Counted from the first letter of the stretch, positions 49,922-59,559 are shown. The stretch is 64,000 nucleotides of DNA from an uncultured delta proteobacterium (GCA_963848295.1 CAWKDB010000010.1:2752001-2816000), one strand, 5' to 3'. Program-made: numbers and translations. The notes: generated by a model from the sequence alone, not told the origin.

Positions 49922-51166
49922 CTAGTGGACGAGCGCGAGCGTCAGCTTCATCGTCTGCTCGATCGGCGAGCCGGCCTTGTCGTGCGGCGGCACGAATCGC
50001 CACCGCATCATCTCGCCGGTGATGCACGCGTCGACCTGCGGCGACACGCCCGACGCCGACGGGTCGGTGACGTGGCCGTTCTCCGCGACGGTGAACTCGA
50101 GCGCGACGCTGCCGGCGAGCCCGCGGTCGCCGGACAGGCCCGCGTCGTAGCAGCGCATCAGGCCTGCCAAGTACAAGCTGTTGATCTTGTCGAGCACGGC
50201 TTGCGGCAGCAGCGTCGTCCTGAGGTCGGTGTGGATCGGACCGACGTCGATCCGCGGGCCGATCGTCTCGGGGCGGTGATGCGTGATGGCGTAGCGCGGA
50301 TCGTCGACCGCGTGGTCGTGGCGGTCGGTGCCGATCCGCGGGCCAACGCCGGGTCGCGACGTGTGGCCGTTGTCGCCGATCGTGATGACGTGATGGGAGG
50401 CGTCCTCGATCTGCTTCTCGAGATCCGCGCCCGGGCTGCGCGGGTTGATCTCGGTCAGGCCATCGGGTCCGGCGTTCGGGCCGGTGAGGATCGCGGCCAT
50501 CCGCGTCGCGTCGTCGAGGCTCGGCGGTGCCGGCGCGGCGTCCGGCGTGACGTGCGGCGCGTGATGGGGGACCGCGATCGGTGCTCGCGGGCCGTCGTGC
50601 TCGGGTGTCGCGAGGCCGGGCGCCGGCGTCTGGTCCGGCGGCAGGTCGACCGTCTCGATCACGTATTGCGCTTGCGCGATCGGCTCCATCACGTCGCGCT
50701 CGGGCGCATCGGTCGCCCACGCGCACGCCGCGATCGACATGTGAACGACGAGCGAGCCAGCGATGATCGTCGCGAGTCGGCCGTCGATCCGGTCGCTGAA
50801 CCTGCCGCGAATCGATGCCGGCAGCCGCGGCGGCGGCACGAGCGGGCGCGCGGCGATATCCTGAAACAGCAGCGTCAGCTCGCCGAGCACGAGCTTGCCG
50901 CGCACGCCGTGGTCGAGCGCGACGTCACCGCCGGTGATCGCGGTCACGGCGGGGTCGCCGGAGCGACCGATCCGACCGGTCATCCCGGGCGGGAGTCGCA
51001 GCACGCCGCCGGCGACGAGCACGTGGTCGCGCGGCGCCGCGTCGACCGGGACCGACAGCTTGCAGCGCAGCGATTGGCCGAACGTGATCGGCGTGTTGCC
51101 GTCGAAGATCCGCTCCTCGACCAGCTGGCCGCCGAGCACCACACCGATGCGTAGACTTCGAGCCAT
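49922..51166 (-). CDS. GltG/PglI-like protein (FHA-like N-terminus, TM, AgmX/PglI TonB-C-like C-terminus), paralogue 2
   Basis: Collinear similarity to 60223-61602: LRIGV.LGG..VEER, RGKL.LG.LT.LFQ, LPAS.RG, PGADL..QI.D, Y.AGL.RCY, VD.CITG.M..WRF..PHDK. Confidence 0.8.
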   Translation of the reverse strand: MARSLRIGVVLGGQLVEERIFDGNTPITFGQSLRCKLSVPVDAAPRDHVLVAGGVLRLPPGMTGRIGRSGDPAVTAITGGDVALDHGVRGKLVLGELTLLFQDIAARPLVPPPRLPASIRGRFSDRIDGRLATIIAGSLVVHMSIAACAWATDAPERDVMEPIAQAQYVIETVDLPPDQTPAPGLATPEHDGPRAPIAVPHHAPHVTPDAAPAPPSLDDATRMAAILTGPNAGPDGLTEINPRSPGADLEKQIEDASHHVITIGDNGHTSRPGVGPRIGTDRHDHAVDDPRYAITHHRPETIGPRIDVGPIHTDLRTTLLPQAVLDKINSLYLAGLMRCYDAGLSGDRGLAGSVALEFTVAENGHVTDPSASGVSPQVDACITGEMMRWRFVPPHDKAGSPIEQTMKLTLALVH

Positions 51167-51323
51167 CGGGTGACAACGCACCACCGAGGCATTCGATCTC
51201 TGGATTGCGATGACTCGGTGAACTGGACGACGGAAACCCCGCGTGGAAACCACCGGCTTGGGCGGTCCTCATCGGCTCCCCACGATCGTGCCCCTGTCGT
51301 AGGCTCTTGGTAGGATCATTAAC

Positions 51324-51754
51324 ATGGACCGCGTTGCTTTCGAGGCGGTGAGGGATATCCCAGGAAGCTGATCCGTGTCGACATCCGGCTCGCGGTACGC
51401 CGGCAGACCCAACCTTCGCTCGTCGCGGAGAACATCGTGATCGAGAACGACAGTGCCGTCGCGCTACGCTTGAACATCAACTACAACCCCGAGGTCGGAT
51501 CCAAGACGTTCAACGTTACTGCTGGCGGCGTCGGACCGATCTGTCGTCTCGATGTTGACGGACCTGCGCACCGCCCCGCAGGCCGCAGTCACAAACACTC
51601 CCTACAGACCGATCGCTGCCCTGAGCGCAACCTGCCCGACAACGTGGACGACCGTGCCGATCTCGCCGGCAAGACCATCGCCGAGCTGTTTGCGATTTTC
51701 TGCCAGATGGCCGACATCACTCACCAAGGAACCTTCTTCCCCCCAACCACCTAG
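51324..51754 (+). pseudogene. Small HxH-motif protein (DUF6978-like), frameshift near 51364
   Basis: ATG 51324 MDRVAFEAVRDIPG stops at 51371; the adjacent frame continues KLIRVDIRL...ICRLDVDGPAH...GRSHKH. Confidence 0.6.
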
Positions 51755-52543
51755 ATGGCGAACATCCAAGACATCGAGCTGATCGCCGACGACCTATGCA
51801 TGGTCCGTGGCAAGGACGTAGTCCCGAGGGGACACCTTCGACTTGAGACCAAGTTCCTGTACCCCGACCGCTCGTCAGTGGACCTGTTCGTGGTGAACGG
51901 CACCCAGCAGCAGCTGCTCACCGGCTCAGCGGTTCTGAGTGACCTCGGACAGACCACGTCCTGGCTGGCGGATGTCCAGGTCAGGCCGTGGCAGTCGAAG
52001 AAGCGCCAGCGATTCCTAGAAGACGCGATCTATGTCCTCGGCATCAGGCAGAACGGTGGCGCGCTGGAGACGGAGTTCGCGCCGAATCACCAGGAGCTGG
52101 AGGACGCCGTGGTTCGCCTTGGTCAGGCGTGCGTCCGGGTAGCTGACCTGTCCTTCACGCGACGCAGCAGCCTCGTAGTCACCGCGACAGATGAGGTCGA
52201 GGAGCTGATCTCCGACGCCGACCTCGCGTACCAGGCCAACGCGCCGCTACAGGGTCGGCACGGCAACGTCGTGGTCGTCGACTTCCTGGTCGAGGGTCGC
52301 CGCCGGAAGTCCGCGGTTCTAACGCTCGCGGCGCAATCGGCAGCAACGGCGCACACGGCGGCCAACGAGGTCTTCCGAAAGCACTACGACCTCGACACGC
52401 CTCAGCGCGGCGAGCAACGCGTCACCGTGTACGACGACCGCAACGACGTGTATCGGTCGGAGGATATCGACCGCCTTCGTGACGTGTGCGAAGTGATACC
52501 GCTCTCGGCACGGCAGGATGTCGTGGCGCTGCTCGCCGCGTAG
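51755..52543 (+). CDS. DUF1828-like N-terminal domain plus DUF1829/restriction-endonuclease-like C-terminal domain
   Basis: ETKFLYPD..S.DLFV...LSDLGQT..WL; later LQGRHG....VDFLV; starts directly after the upstream TAG. Confidence 0.7.
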   Translation: MANIQDIELIADDLCMVRGKDVVPRGHLRLETKFLYPDRSSVDLFVVNGTQQQLLTGSAVLSDLGQTTSWLADVQVRPWQSKKRQRFLEDAIYVLGIRQNGGALETEFAPNHQELEDAVVRLGQACVRVADLSFTRRSSLVVTATDEVEELISDADLAYQANAPLQGRHGNVVVVDFLVEGRRRKSAVLTLAAQSAATAHTAANEVFRKHYDLDTPQRGEQRVTVYDDRNDVYRSEDIDRLRDVCEVIPLSARQDVVALLAA

Positions 52544-52634
52544 CGGACGTCTCCGACGCGGCTTTGCCAGGTCCTTTGCCTACGGCCTTGCTCCCCACTG
52601 GACGATGGTGACCGAGACGGATATACATCTGTGA

Positions 52635-53544
52635 TTGCGGACGTACCGTCAGTCGCACCTGCTCGCGCTCGAGGATGAAGCCGTCCACGTGATGCGCGAG
52701 CTCGCGGCCGAACGCGAGCGGCCGTGTTTGCTGTTCTCGGGCGGCAAGGACTCGATCGTGCTGCTCCGGCTCGCCGAGAAGGCGTTCCGGCCGGCGCGGT
52801 TTCCGTTCCCGCTGTTGCATGTCGACACCGGCCACAACTTCCCCGAGACGCTGGTGTTTCGCGATCGCACCGTCGCGGAGCTCGGCGAGCGGCTGATCGT
52901 CGCGAAGCGTCCAGGACTCGATCGATCGCGGGCGCGTCACCGAAGAGAAAGGCCCGCGAGCCTCGCGCAATCGGTTGCAGACGACGACGTTGCTCGACGC
53001 GATCGAGGAGCATCAGTTCGATGCCGCGATCGGCGGCGCCCGGCGCGATGAAGAGCGCGCGCGTGCCAAGGAGCGGATGTTTTCGCACCGCGACGAGTTC
53101 GGTCAGTGGGATCCGAAGAAGCAGCGCCCGGAGCTGTGGTCGCTGTACAACGGGCGGGTGCGGCGCGGCGAGCACCTCCGCGTGTTCCCGCTGTCGAACT
53201 GGACCGAGCTCGATGTCTGGGAGTACGTCCGGCTCGAGAACATTCCGCTGCCGGCGATCTACTACGCGCACGAGCGCGACGTGTTCGAGCGCGACGGCAT
53301 GTTCTACGCGGCGAACCCGTACGTCACGCTGCTCCCCGGCGAGTCGATCCGCAACGAGGTCGTCCGGTTTCGCACGATCGGCGACATGACCTGCACCGGC
53401 GCGGTGCGATCCCCGGCCAAGACGCTCGACGAAGTGATCGCCGAGGTCGCCGCGGCCCGCATCACCGAGCGCGGCGCGACCAGGGCCGACGATCGCTTCA
53501 CCGAGGCGGCGATGGAAGACCGCAAGCGCGAGGGCTACTTCTGA
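52635..53544 (+). pseudogene. cysD: Sulfate adenylyltransferase subunit 2, with a single-base frameshift near 52905
   Basis: LFSGGKDS, HVDTGHNFPE, then GGARRDEE.ARAKER, QRPELW, RVFPLSNWTE, RFRTIG, MEDRKREGYF; removing one A gives IVASVQDSID. Confidence 0.93.
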
Positions 53545-53657
53545 TGGCGCCGCAGCCGTGCGTCGAGCGCAGCGAGATGCCTGCCGAGCGGGGCCGCGGC
53601 GAGCATGCGAGCCGCTCCGGGGTAGCACCCGCGAGGCAGAGGCGAGGCGGAAGATGA
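53544..53657 (+). repeat. MIRU-like intercistronic element with a 37-aa coupling ORF
   Basis: TGATG overlap with the cysD stop and ATGA overlap with the cysN start; GAGCGCAGCGAG and GAGCATGCGAG motifs. Confidence 0.55.
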
Positions 53658-54925
53658 CGGCCGGTACCGACGACGATGCCGAGCTGCTCCGGTTCTCGAC
53701 CGCGGGCTCGGTCGACGACGGCAAGTCGACGCTGATCGGCCGCCTGCTGTACGACACGAAGACCGCGTTCGAGGATCAGCTGCAGCACGTCGCCGACGTG
53801 TCGCGCCGCCGCGGCGACGAGCGCACGAACCTCGCGCTCCTGACCGATGGTCTGCGCGCCGAGCGCGAGCAAGGCATCACGATCGACGTCGCGTATCGCT
53901 ACTTCGCGACGAAGCGGCGCAAGTTCATCATCGCCGACACCCCCGGCCACGTGCAGTACACGCGCAACATGGTGACCGGCGCCTCGACCGCGAGCTTGTC
54001 GATCATCCTGGTCGATGCGCGCCATGGCCTGGTCGAGCAGTCGCGCCGCCACGCGTTCATCGCGTCGCTGCTGCGCATCCCGCACCTCGTGTTCGCGGTC
54101 AACAAGATGGATCTCGTCGGCTGGAGCGAGGACAAGTTCCTCGAGATCGAGCAGCAGTTCCGCGACTTCGCGGCGCGGCTCGACGTGCAAGACATCGCGT
54201 TCATCCCGATCAGCGCGCTCACCGGCGCGAACGTCGTCGATCGCAGCGCCGAGATGCCCTGGTACCACGGCCCGACGCTGCTCTATCACCTCGAGACCGT
54301 GCACATCACGAGTGATCGCAACCTGATCGATGTCCGGTTTCCGGTCCAGTGGGTGATCCGGCCGCAGTCGGACGAGTTCCCCGACTATCGCGGCTACGCC
54401 GGTCAGGTCGCCGGTGGCGTGCTGCGCACCGGCGACGAGGTGGTCGCGTTGCCGAGCGGGCTGGCGACGACGATCACGAAGCTCGAGCACAGCGGCGTTG
54501 TGGTCGACACCGCGTACGCGCCGATGAGCGTGACCGTGCACCTCGCCGATGACCTCGACATCGGCCGCGGAGATCTATTGTGCCGGCCGAACAATCAACC
54601 GACCGTCGCGCAGGACCTCGACGCGATGATCTGCTGGATGACCGACAAGCCGCTCGAGCCGAAGGGTCGCTACGCGTTGAAGCACACGACGCGGTGGTCG
54701 CGCGCGATCGTCACCGACGTCTTGTATCGGCTCGACGTCAACACCGGCCACCGCGACGAGAGTGCCGACAAGCTCGGGCTCAACGACCTCGGCCGGATCC
54801 GGCTACGCACGACCTCGCCGATCATCTACGACGCGTACAAGCGCAATCGCACGACCGGCTCGTTCATCCTGGTCGACGAGACGACGAACGCGACGGTCGG
54901 CGCCGGCATGCTGCTCGCGGATTAG
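53654..54925 (+). CDS. cysN: Sulfate adenylyltransferase subunit 1 (GTPase), not fused to APS kinase
   Basis: GSVDDGKST, EREQGITID, DTPGH, NKMD, TGSFILVD. Confidence 0.96.
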   Translation: MTAGTDDDAELLRFSTAGSVDDGKSTLIGRLLYDTKTAFEDQLQHVADVSRRRGDERTNLALLTDGLRAEREQGITIDVAYRYFATKRRKFIIADTPGHVQYTRNMVTGASTASLSIILVDARHGLVEQSRRHAFIASLLRIPHLVFAVNKMDLVGWSEDKFLEIEQQFRDFAARLDVQDIAFIPISALTGANVVDRSAEMPWYHGPTLLYHLETVHITSDRNLIDVRFPVQWVIRPQSDEFPDYRGYAGQVAGGVLRTGDEVVALPSGLATTITKLEHSGVVVDTAYAPMSVTVHLADDLDIGRGDLLCRPNNQPTVAQDLDAMICWMTDKPLEPKGRYALKHTTRWSRAIVTDVLYRLDVNTGHRDESADKLGLNDLGRIRLRTTSPIIYDAYKRNRTTGSFILVDETTNATVGAGMLLAD

Positions 54926-54950
54926 TTAGTCTGTACCGTGGCCGCGCGGA

Positions 54951-56063
54951 TCAGGGATGCGGGCCGGCTTTCACGCGCTCGAGCGCGAGCGCGTAGCTCC
55001 CGAAGTAAGCGATCGCCGACCCGTAGAGCCGACTGTCTTCACGTTTGACGTCCGACGATCGTATCGACAGACCAGCCCACTCGCGCTCGCGCAGAGCCGC
55101 GATGATGGACTCGGGCGTCCAGCTCCGATTGTGTTCGGCCAGGTCGACGCCAGCCGCCTCCGCGGCGAGTCGCCATTCGCCGAAGTGAACGGCCCCCGAA
55201 TACCAGAGGTGATGGTCGTCCCTGCTCACGGCGCCCTGGTTCGTGGCCTTGCCCTCGCGTTCGCGCCGACGAATCGCCGCGATCACCTCCTCGCGCGACA
55301 TCGCCGGCGACCGCGCGCGCTCGGGCCAATCGACGAGTCGCGCTCGCTCGAGCGCCTGCTCGAAGCCGCCGAAGAATCGGTACACGGCCGGCGTGAAGCC
55401 ACACGCGTAGAGCTCGCCCATCGTCATCTGTGGTCGCTGCTTCGACAGGGCACGCAACTCTGCGAGTACCGTCTGCTCGGTGTATGCCTCTCGCGCGAGA
55501 CGAACGTCGTCGTACGCGACGCCGGCAGCTTCGACCGCAGCTTTCCAGCTTCCGAAGTAGCGCTTGCCGGCCTTGAGCAGCGGGTTCGGGACCTTCGAAG
55601 CCGCGATCGACTCGCCGTTGCGTTGCAGCTCCTCGATCTCGAGGATCACGCGTTGCTCGTCCCAGCGTTGCCGCTTGCCGCCGCCGATCGGCGCGGGCTC
55701 GGGAACACGCGCCGCGCGGCGCGCGAGCACGATGCTTCCGAAGTACTTCTGGACCGCACCGAGCACATCGCCGTGGTCGTCCTTCATCCCGAGCTCGGTG
55801 ATCCGGACGCCATCGGCATGCAGGCGCCGAAGCGCGGCCACGACCTCCTCCTTCGACCATCGTCGCGACAGATCGGGTGCCCGAACGCGTGCCGCCTCGC
55901 GCGCAGCTTCGAGTGACCCGAACTCGCTCCGCAAGGCGAACCACAACGAGTACGGAAGATCCGTCGCGCCGACCGGCGTCTGCGAACCGGCGTCGAGACG
56001 ACGTAGCTCCTCGACGAGCTTCGAACGAGAGCTCTGGTCGGGGGCCACCGCCATCGCAAACAT
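54951..56063 (-). CDS. Protein of six helical repeats resembling homing-endonuclease-associated repeats
   Basis: Six units W[ST].E.[VI]I..LR...(Y/F/H)FG(S/G/E)...A...A; no catalytic domain seen. Confidence 0.75.
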   Translation of the reverse strand: MFAMAVAPDQSSRSKLVEELRRLDAGSQTPVGATDLPYSLWFALRSEFGSLEAAREAARVRAPDLSRRWSKEEVVAALRRLHADGVRITELGMKDDHGDVLGAVQKYFGSIVLARRAARVPEPAPIGGGKRQRWDEQRVILEIEELQRNGESIAASKVPNPLLKAGKRYFGSWKAAVEAAGVAYDDVRLAREAYTEQTVLAELRALSKQRPQMTMGELYACGFTPAVYRFFGGFEQALERARLVDWPERARSPAMSREEVIAAIRRREREGKATNQGAVSRDDHHLWYSGAVHFGEWRLAAEAAGVDLAEHNRSWTPESIIAALREREWAGLSIRSSDVKREDSRLYGSAIAYFGSYALALERVKAGPHP

Positions 56064-56086
56064 CCTCGCACGAGTCGGAGCTACAT

Positions 56087-57121
56087 TCAGGCCAGCGAAT
56101 CGCGGTAGTAGTCGTCGTCGACGTCCCCATGCCGTTCCAGGAAGCTGCGGATGACCTCGCTGTAGCGCAGGCGAGCGCCCGACACGCGAAGCTGGAGCTC
56201 GATCGATGGTCGTGGATTGGTCCAGATCGGCTCGTACTTCGTATCTCCCCACAGCGCGAGCACGGTTCCGATGTCGGCGAGGTCGAGCGCGAACAGCCAT
56301 GGCGTCGTCGGGGTCTGATGGAATCCGAGTGCGAGCAAGCGAATCGCCCAGTCGGCCATCTCGCTGCGAATCCGAGGGAAGAGCTCCCTCCCGAAAGGGT
56401 CGCGATCAGGCGGCCATCCCGCCAACCGCGCCTCCGCGATTCGATCGTCGAGCAACCGCCATTCGTCGAAATGTGATCGAAGCTGCTCGACCCTGGGTTG
56501 GTGTGCCTGCTCCTCTCGGATCAGATCGCGGCAGTGCGGGCACTTCTCCGACCGCGTCACGACCGCCTCATCGCTGGAGAGCTCGCTCCACAGGGTTCTC
56601 ACGGTCGCCCAGCTCGGCCGCACGATGAAGACCGGCACGTCGGCGCTCGCGTAGCGCTGTGCCGTCTCGGTGTCGAGCTCGTGGTGCACGACGATCTCGA
56701 TAGCGATCGGCCGCTGACCGTCGAACACCAGGTCGCCACGCGTTCCGTGGACGGCGCTCGATTCGATCGACACGCGCGACAAGAAGCTCGTGCAGTCCAC
56801 TTCTCGAGCGCGCCGGCAGTGGGGGCACGTCCAGCGCAGCACGTAGGATCGGCCGGCGGCGAGCGCAGCCTCGAAGCCTTCTCGGATCAGGATCTTGCTC
56901 AGCCGATGCAGCGCGGTTTCGGCGGAGCACCGCGCTTCGACATCCGTGCAGTGGGCGAAGTGCCAACGATTCTTGCGCCCCTGCTTGGCGACGAGCGGGC
57001 GGTCGCATCCGAAACACGCGACCGGCGTGCCCTTCGTATAGTCCTCGATGCTGATCGCACCCGCCGAACCGCGGCCGAACGGGTATCGAATCGCTCGTGT
57101 GTTCGAGTTGCTCCGCGACAC
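56087..57121 (-). CDS. CoiA-like zinc-finger plus PD-(D/E)XK nuclease-domain protein
   Basis: CFGC..LVAKQG....WHFAH..C..ETALH, CPHC, RGDL...IAIEIVVHH. Confidence 0.75.
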   Translation of the reverse strand: MSRSNSNTRAIRYPFGRGSAGAISIEDYTKGTPVACFGCDRPLVAKQGRKNRWHFAHCTDVEARCSAETALHRLSKILIREGFEAALAAGRSYVLRWTCPHCRRAREVDCTSFLSRVSIESSAVHGTRGDLVFDGQRPIAIEIVVHHELDTETAQRYASADVPVFIVRPSWATVRTLWSELSSDEAVVTRSEKCPHCRDLIREEQAHQPRVEQLRSHFDEWRLLDDRIAEARLAGWPPDRDPFGRELFPRIRSEMADWAIRLLALGFHQTPTTPWLFALDLADIGTVLALWGDTKYEPIWTNPRPSIELQLRVSGARLRYSEVIRSFLERHGDVDDDYYRDSLA

Positions 57122-57313
57122 ATCGACCTCGCCTCTATCAACCTCGCGAGCCTTATCCTAGCGGACGTGTGTGACGACGTTCGCGTCGGCATTCGCGTCG
57201 GAGCGTGCTGTCCAATAGGCTAAGCTCCCGATCGAACGATCCGGTAGACTCGCGACGTGGTGGCACGTCTCTATCGAGCTCTGCGCAAGGACGAAGATGC
57301 TTAACGTGCGGCG

Positions 57314-58279
57314 ATGAACGTTGTCGTGACAGGCGCCGCGGGGTTCATCGGCTCGCACACGTGCGAACGGCTCGTCGCGCGCGGTCATGACGTGGTCGGG
57401 ATCGACAGCTTCGACTCGTACCTGTATCCGGCCGACGTGAAGCGGCGCAACGCGGAGGTGCTCGCGAGGCTGCCGCGGTTTCGGCTCGTCGAGGCCGACA
57501 TCTGCGACCGCGCGGCGATCGCGGCGGCGATCGATGGGGGCGTCGAGGTGGTCTGTCATCTCGCGGCGCTCGCCGGCGTGCGGCCGTCGCTCGCCGAGCC
57601 GCTGCGCTACCTGCGGACGAACATCGAGGGCACCGGCGTGATCATCGAGCGGATGCGCGCGCTCGGCTTGCAGCGGCTCGTGTTCGCATCGTCGAGCTCG
57701 GTGTATGGCGCGAAGCCCGGGAGCGACGTCGCGGCGTTTCGCGAGGATGATCCGTGCCTGACGCCGGCGTCGCCCTACGCGGCGACGAAGCGGATGAACG
57801 AGCTGCAGCTGTCGGCGTACCGCGATCTGTTCGGGCTCGGCGTGTTCGCGCTGCGGTTCTTCACGGTCTACGGGCCGCGGCAACGGCCGGACATGGCGAT
57901 CGCGAGGTTCACCGCGGCGATCGCGCGCGGTGAGCCGATCACGCTGTTCGGTGATGGCAGCTCGCGGCGCGACTACACGTTCATCGACGACATCGTGACC
58001 GGCACGGTCGCGGCGATCGAGCGGATCGAGCCCGGGCGGTACGAGCTGTACAACCTCGGTGGCACGCGGACGATCTCGTTGCGCGAGCTGGTCGACACGA
58101 TCGAGCGCGTCGTCGGCAAGCGCGCGACGATCGATTGGCAACCGAACCAGCCCGGCGACGTGCCGATCACGTACGCGAACATCGATCGGGCTCGCGCGGC
58201 GCTCGGTTACGAACCGACGACGACCCCCGACATCGGGATCGAGCGCTACTGGGACTGGCTCGGGCGGCCGACGCCGTAG
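57314..58279 (+). CDS. NAD-dependent epimerase (UDP-glucuronate 4-epimerase-like)
   Basis: TGAAGFIG, HLAALAGVRPS, ASSSSVYG, YAATK, LRFFTVYGPRQRPDMA. Confidence 0.93.
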   Translation: MNVVVTGAAGFIGSHTCERLVARGHDVVGIDSFDSYLYPADVKRRNAEVLARLPRFRLVEADICDRAAIAAAIDGGVEVVCHLAALAGVRPSLAEPLRYLRTNIEGTGVIIERMRALGLQRLVFASSSSVYGAKPGSDVAAFREDDPCLTPASPYAATKRMNELQLSAYRDLFGLGVFALRFFTVYGPRQRPDMAIARFTAAIARGEPITLFGDGSSRRDYTFIDDIVTGTVAAIERIEPGRYELYNLGGTRTISLRELVDTIERVVGKRATIDWQPNQPGDVPITYANIDRARAALGYEPTTTPDIGIERYWDWLGRPTP

Positions 58280-59559
58280 TAGGCGAAGCCGGCGGCGCGC
58301 ACCTCGGGTGGCGCCCAGACGTTGCGCCCGTCGAACAACGCACGGGTTCGCATGATCGAGGCGAGCCTCGAGAGGTCGGGGTGACGCAACTCGTGCCACT
58401 CGGTGACGAGCACGAGCGCGTCGGCGCGTTCGGCGGCCGCGTAGGGGTCGCGCGAGAGCTCGATGACGTCGCCCAGCTGGGCCCGGATGTTCGGCATCGC
58501 GGCCGGGTCGTAGCCGGCGAGCTCGGCGCCCGCGGCGCGCAGCTGCTCGATCAGCGTCAAGGCCGGCGACTCGCGGATGTCATCGGTCTCGGGCTTGAAC
58601 GCCAGGCCCCAGAGCGCGACGCGCTTGCCGACGAGCGAGCCACCGAAGTGAGCGATGACGCGGTCCCCGAGGATGCGCTTCTGGCGCTCGTTCGCGCGCT
58701 CGACGGCCGAGACGACCGAGAGCTCGACGCCGGTCTCGACGCCGGTGTGGATCAATGCGCGCAGGTCCTTGGGGAAGCACGAGCCGCCGAAGCCCGCGCC
58801 TGCGAACAGGAACTTCGCGCCGATGCGTGGGTCCGAGCCGATGCCCTTGCGCACCGCTTCGATGTCGGCGCCGACGACCTCGGCGAGGCGTGCGAGCTCG
58901 TTCATGAACGAGATCCGGGTCGCGAGCATCGCGTTGGCAGCGTATTTCGTCAGCTCGGCCGAGCGGATGTCCATGACCTGGAGCCGATCGCCGGTGCGCA
59001 TCACGCCGCGATAGAGCTCGCGCAGGACGTCGAGCGCGCGCGGATTGTCGACACCGACGATCACGCGGGACGGCTTGAGGAAGTCGTTGACGGCATCGCC
59101 TTCCTTGAGGAACTCGGGATTCGACGCGACCGCGAATTCGTGGCGCGCGGTCGAGGCGACCGCCTCGCGCACCTTGTCGGCGGTTCCGACGGGGACCGTG
59201 CTCTTGGTGACGACCACCGTATAGCCGTCGAGCGCGCGGCCGATCTCGCGCGCCGCTTCGAGCACGTATTGCAGATCGGCGCTCCCGTCGGACCGCGACG
59301 GCGTGCCGACGGCGATGATCGCGACTTTGGCGCCGCGCACGGCTTCGGCGGTCGAGGTCGAGAACTTCAGATGGCCGAGCTTGGCGTTGCGCTGCACGAG
59401 CTCGGGCAGTCCGGGCTCGTAGATCGGGATCTCGCCGCGCCTCAGGGCGTCGACGCGATCGCGATCGATGTCGACGCACGTCACGTCGTTGCCGAACTCG
59501 GAGAACCCCGCGCCGCTGACGAGGCCGACGTAGCCAGTGCCGACAACCGCGATCTTCAT
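58246..59559 (-). CDS. ugd: UDP-glucose 6-dehydrogenase
   Basis: GTGYVGL, IAVGTP, KSTVPVGT, SNPEFLKEG, GFGGSCFPKD, GLAFKPETDDIRES. Confidence 0.96.
   Translation of the reverse strand: MKIAVVGTGYVGLVSGAGFSEFGNDVTCVDIDRDRVDALRRGEIPIYEPGLPELVQRNAKLGHLKFSTSTAEAVRGAKVAIIAVGTPSRSDGSADLQYVLEAAREIGRALDGYTVVVTKSTVPVGTADKVREAVASTARHEFAVASNPEFLKEGDAVNDFLKPSRVIVGVDNPRALDVLRELYRGVMRTGDRLQVMDIRSAELTKYAANAMLATRISFMNELARLAEVVGADIEAVRKGIGSDPRIGAKFLFAGAGFGGSCFPKDLRALIHTGVETGVELSVVSAVERANERQKRILGDRVIAHFGGSLVGKRVALWGLAFKPETDDIRESPALTLIEQLRAAGAELAGYDPAAMPNIRAQLGDVIELSRDPYAAAERADALVLVTEWHELRHPDLSRLASIMRTRALFDGRNVWAPPEVRAAGFAYYGVGRPSQSQ

Noticed and set aside
49829..51154. 441-aa plus-strand ORF and similar long overlapping ORFs (45781-46998, 60250-61341, 20551-21684)
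   Set aside because: Each lies opposite a well-supported gene and has low-complexity Arg-rich composition.
52895..52915. Programmed ribosomal frameshift in cysD
   Set aside because: No slippery heptamer; a single extra A explains it, and similar indels occur in unrelated nearby genes.
57179..57200. TTCGCGTCGG repeated with a 12-bp period
   Set aside because: Too short and GC-rich to distinguish from chance.
58246..58279. 34-bp convergent overlap of the epimerase and ugd (similar overlaps at 3317, 19280, 33618)
   Set aside because: Short 3' overlaps are common in compact high-GC genomes; no evidence of function.
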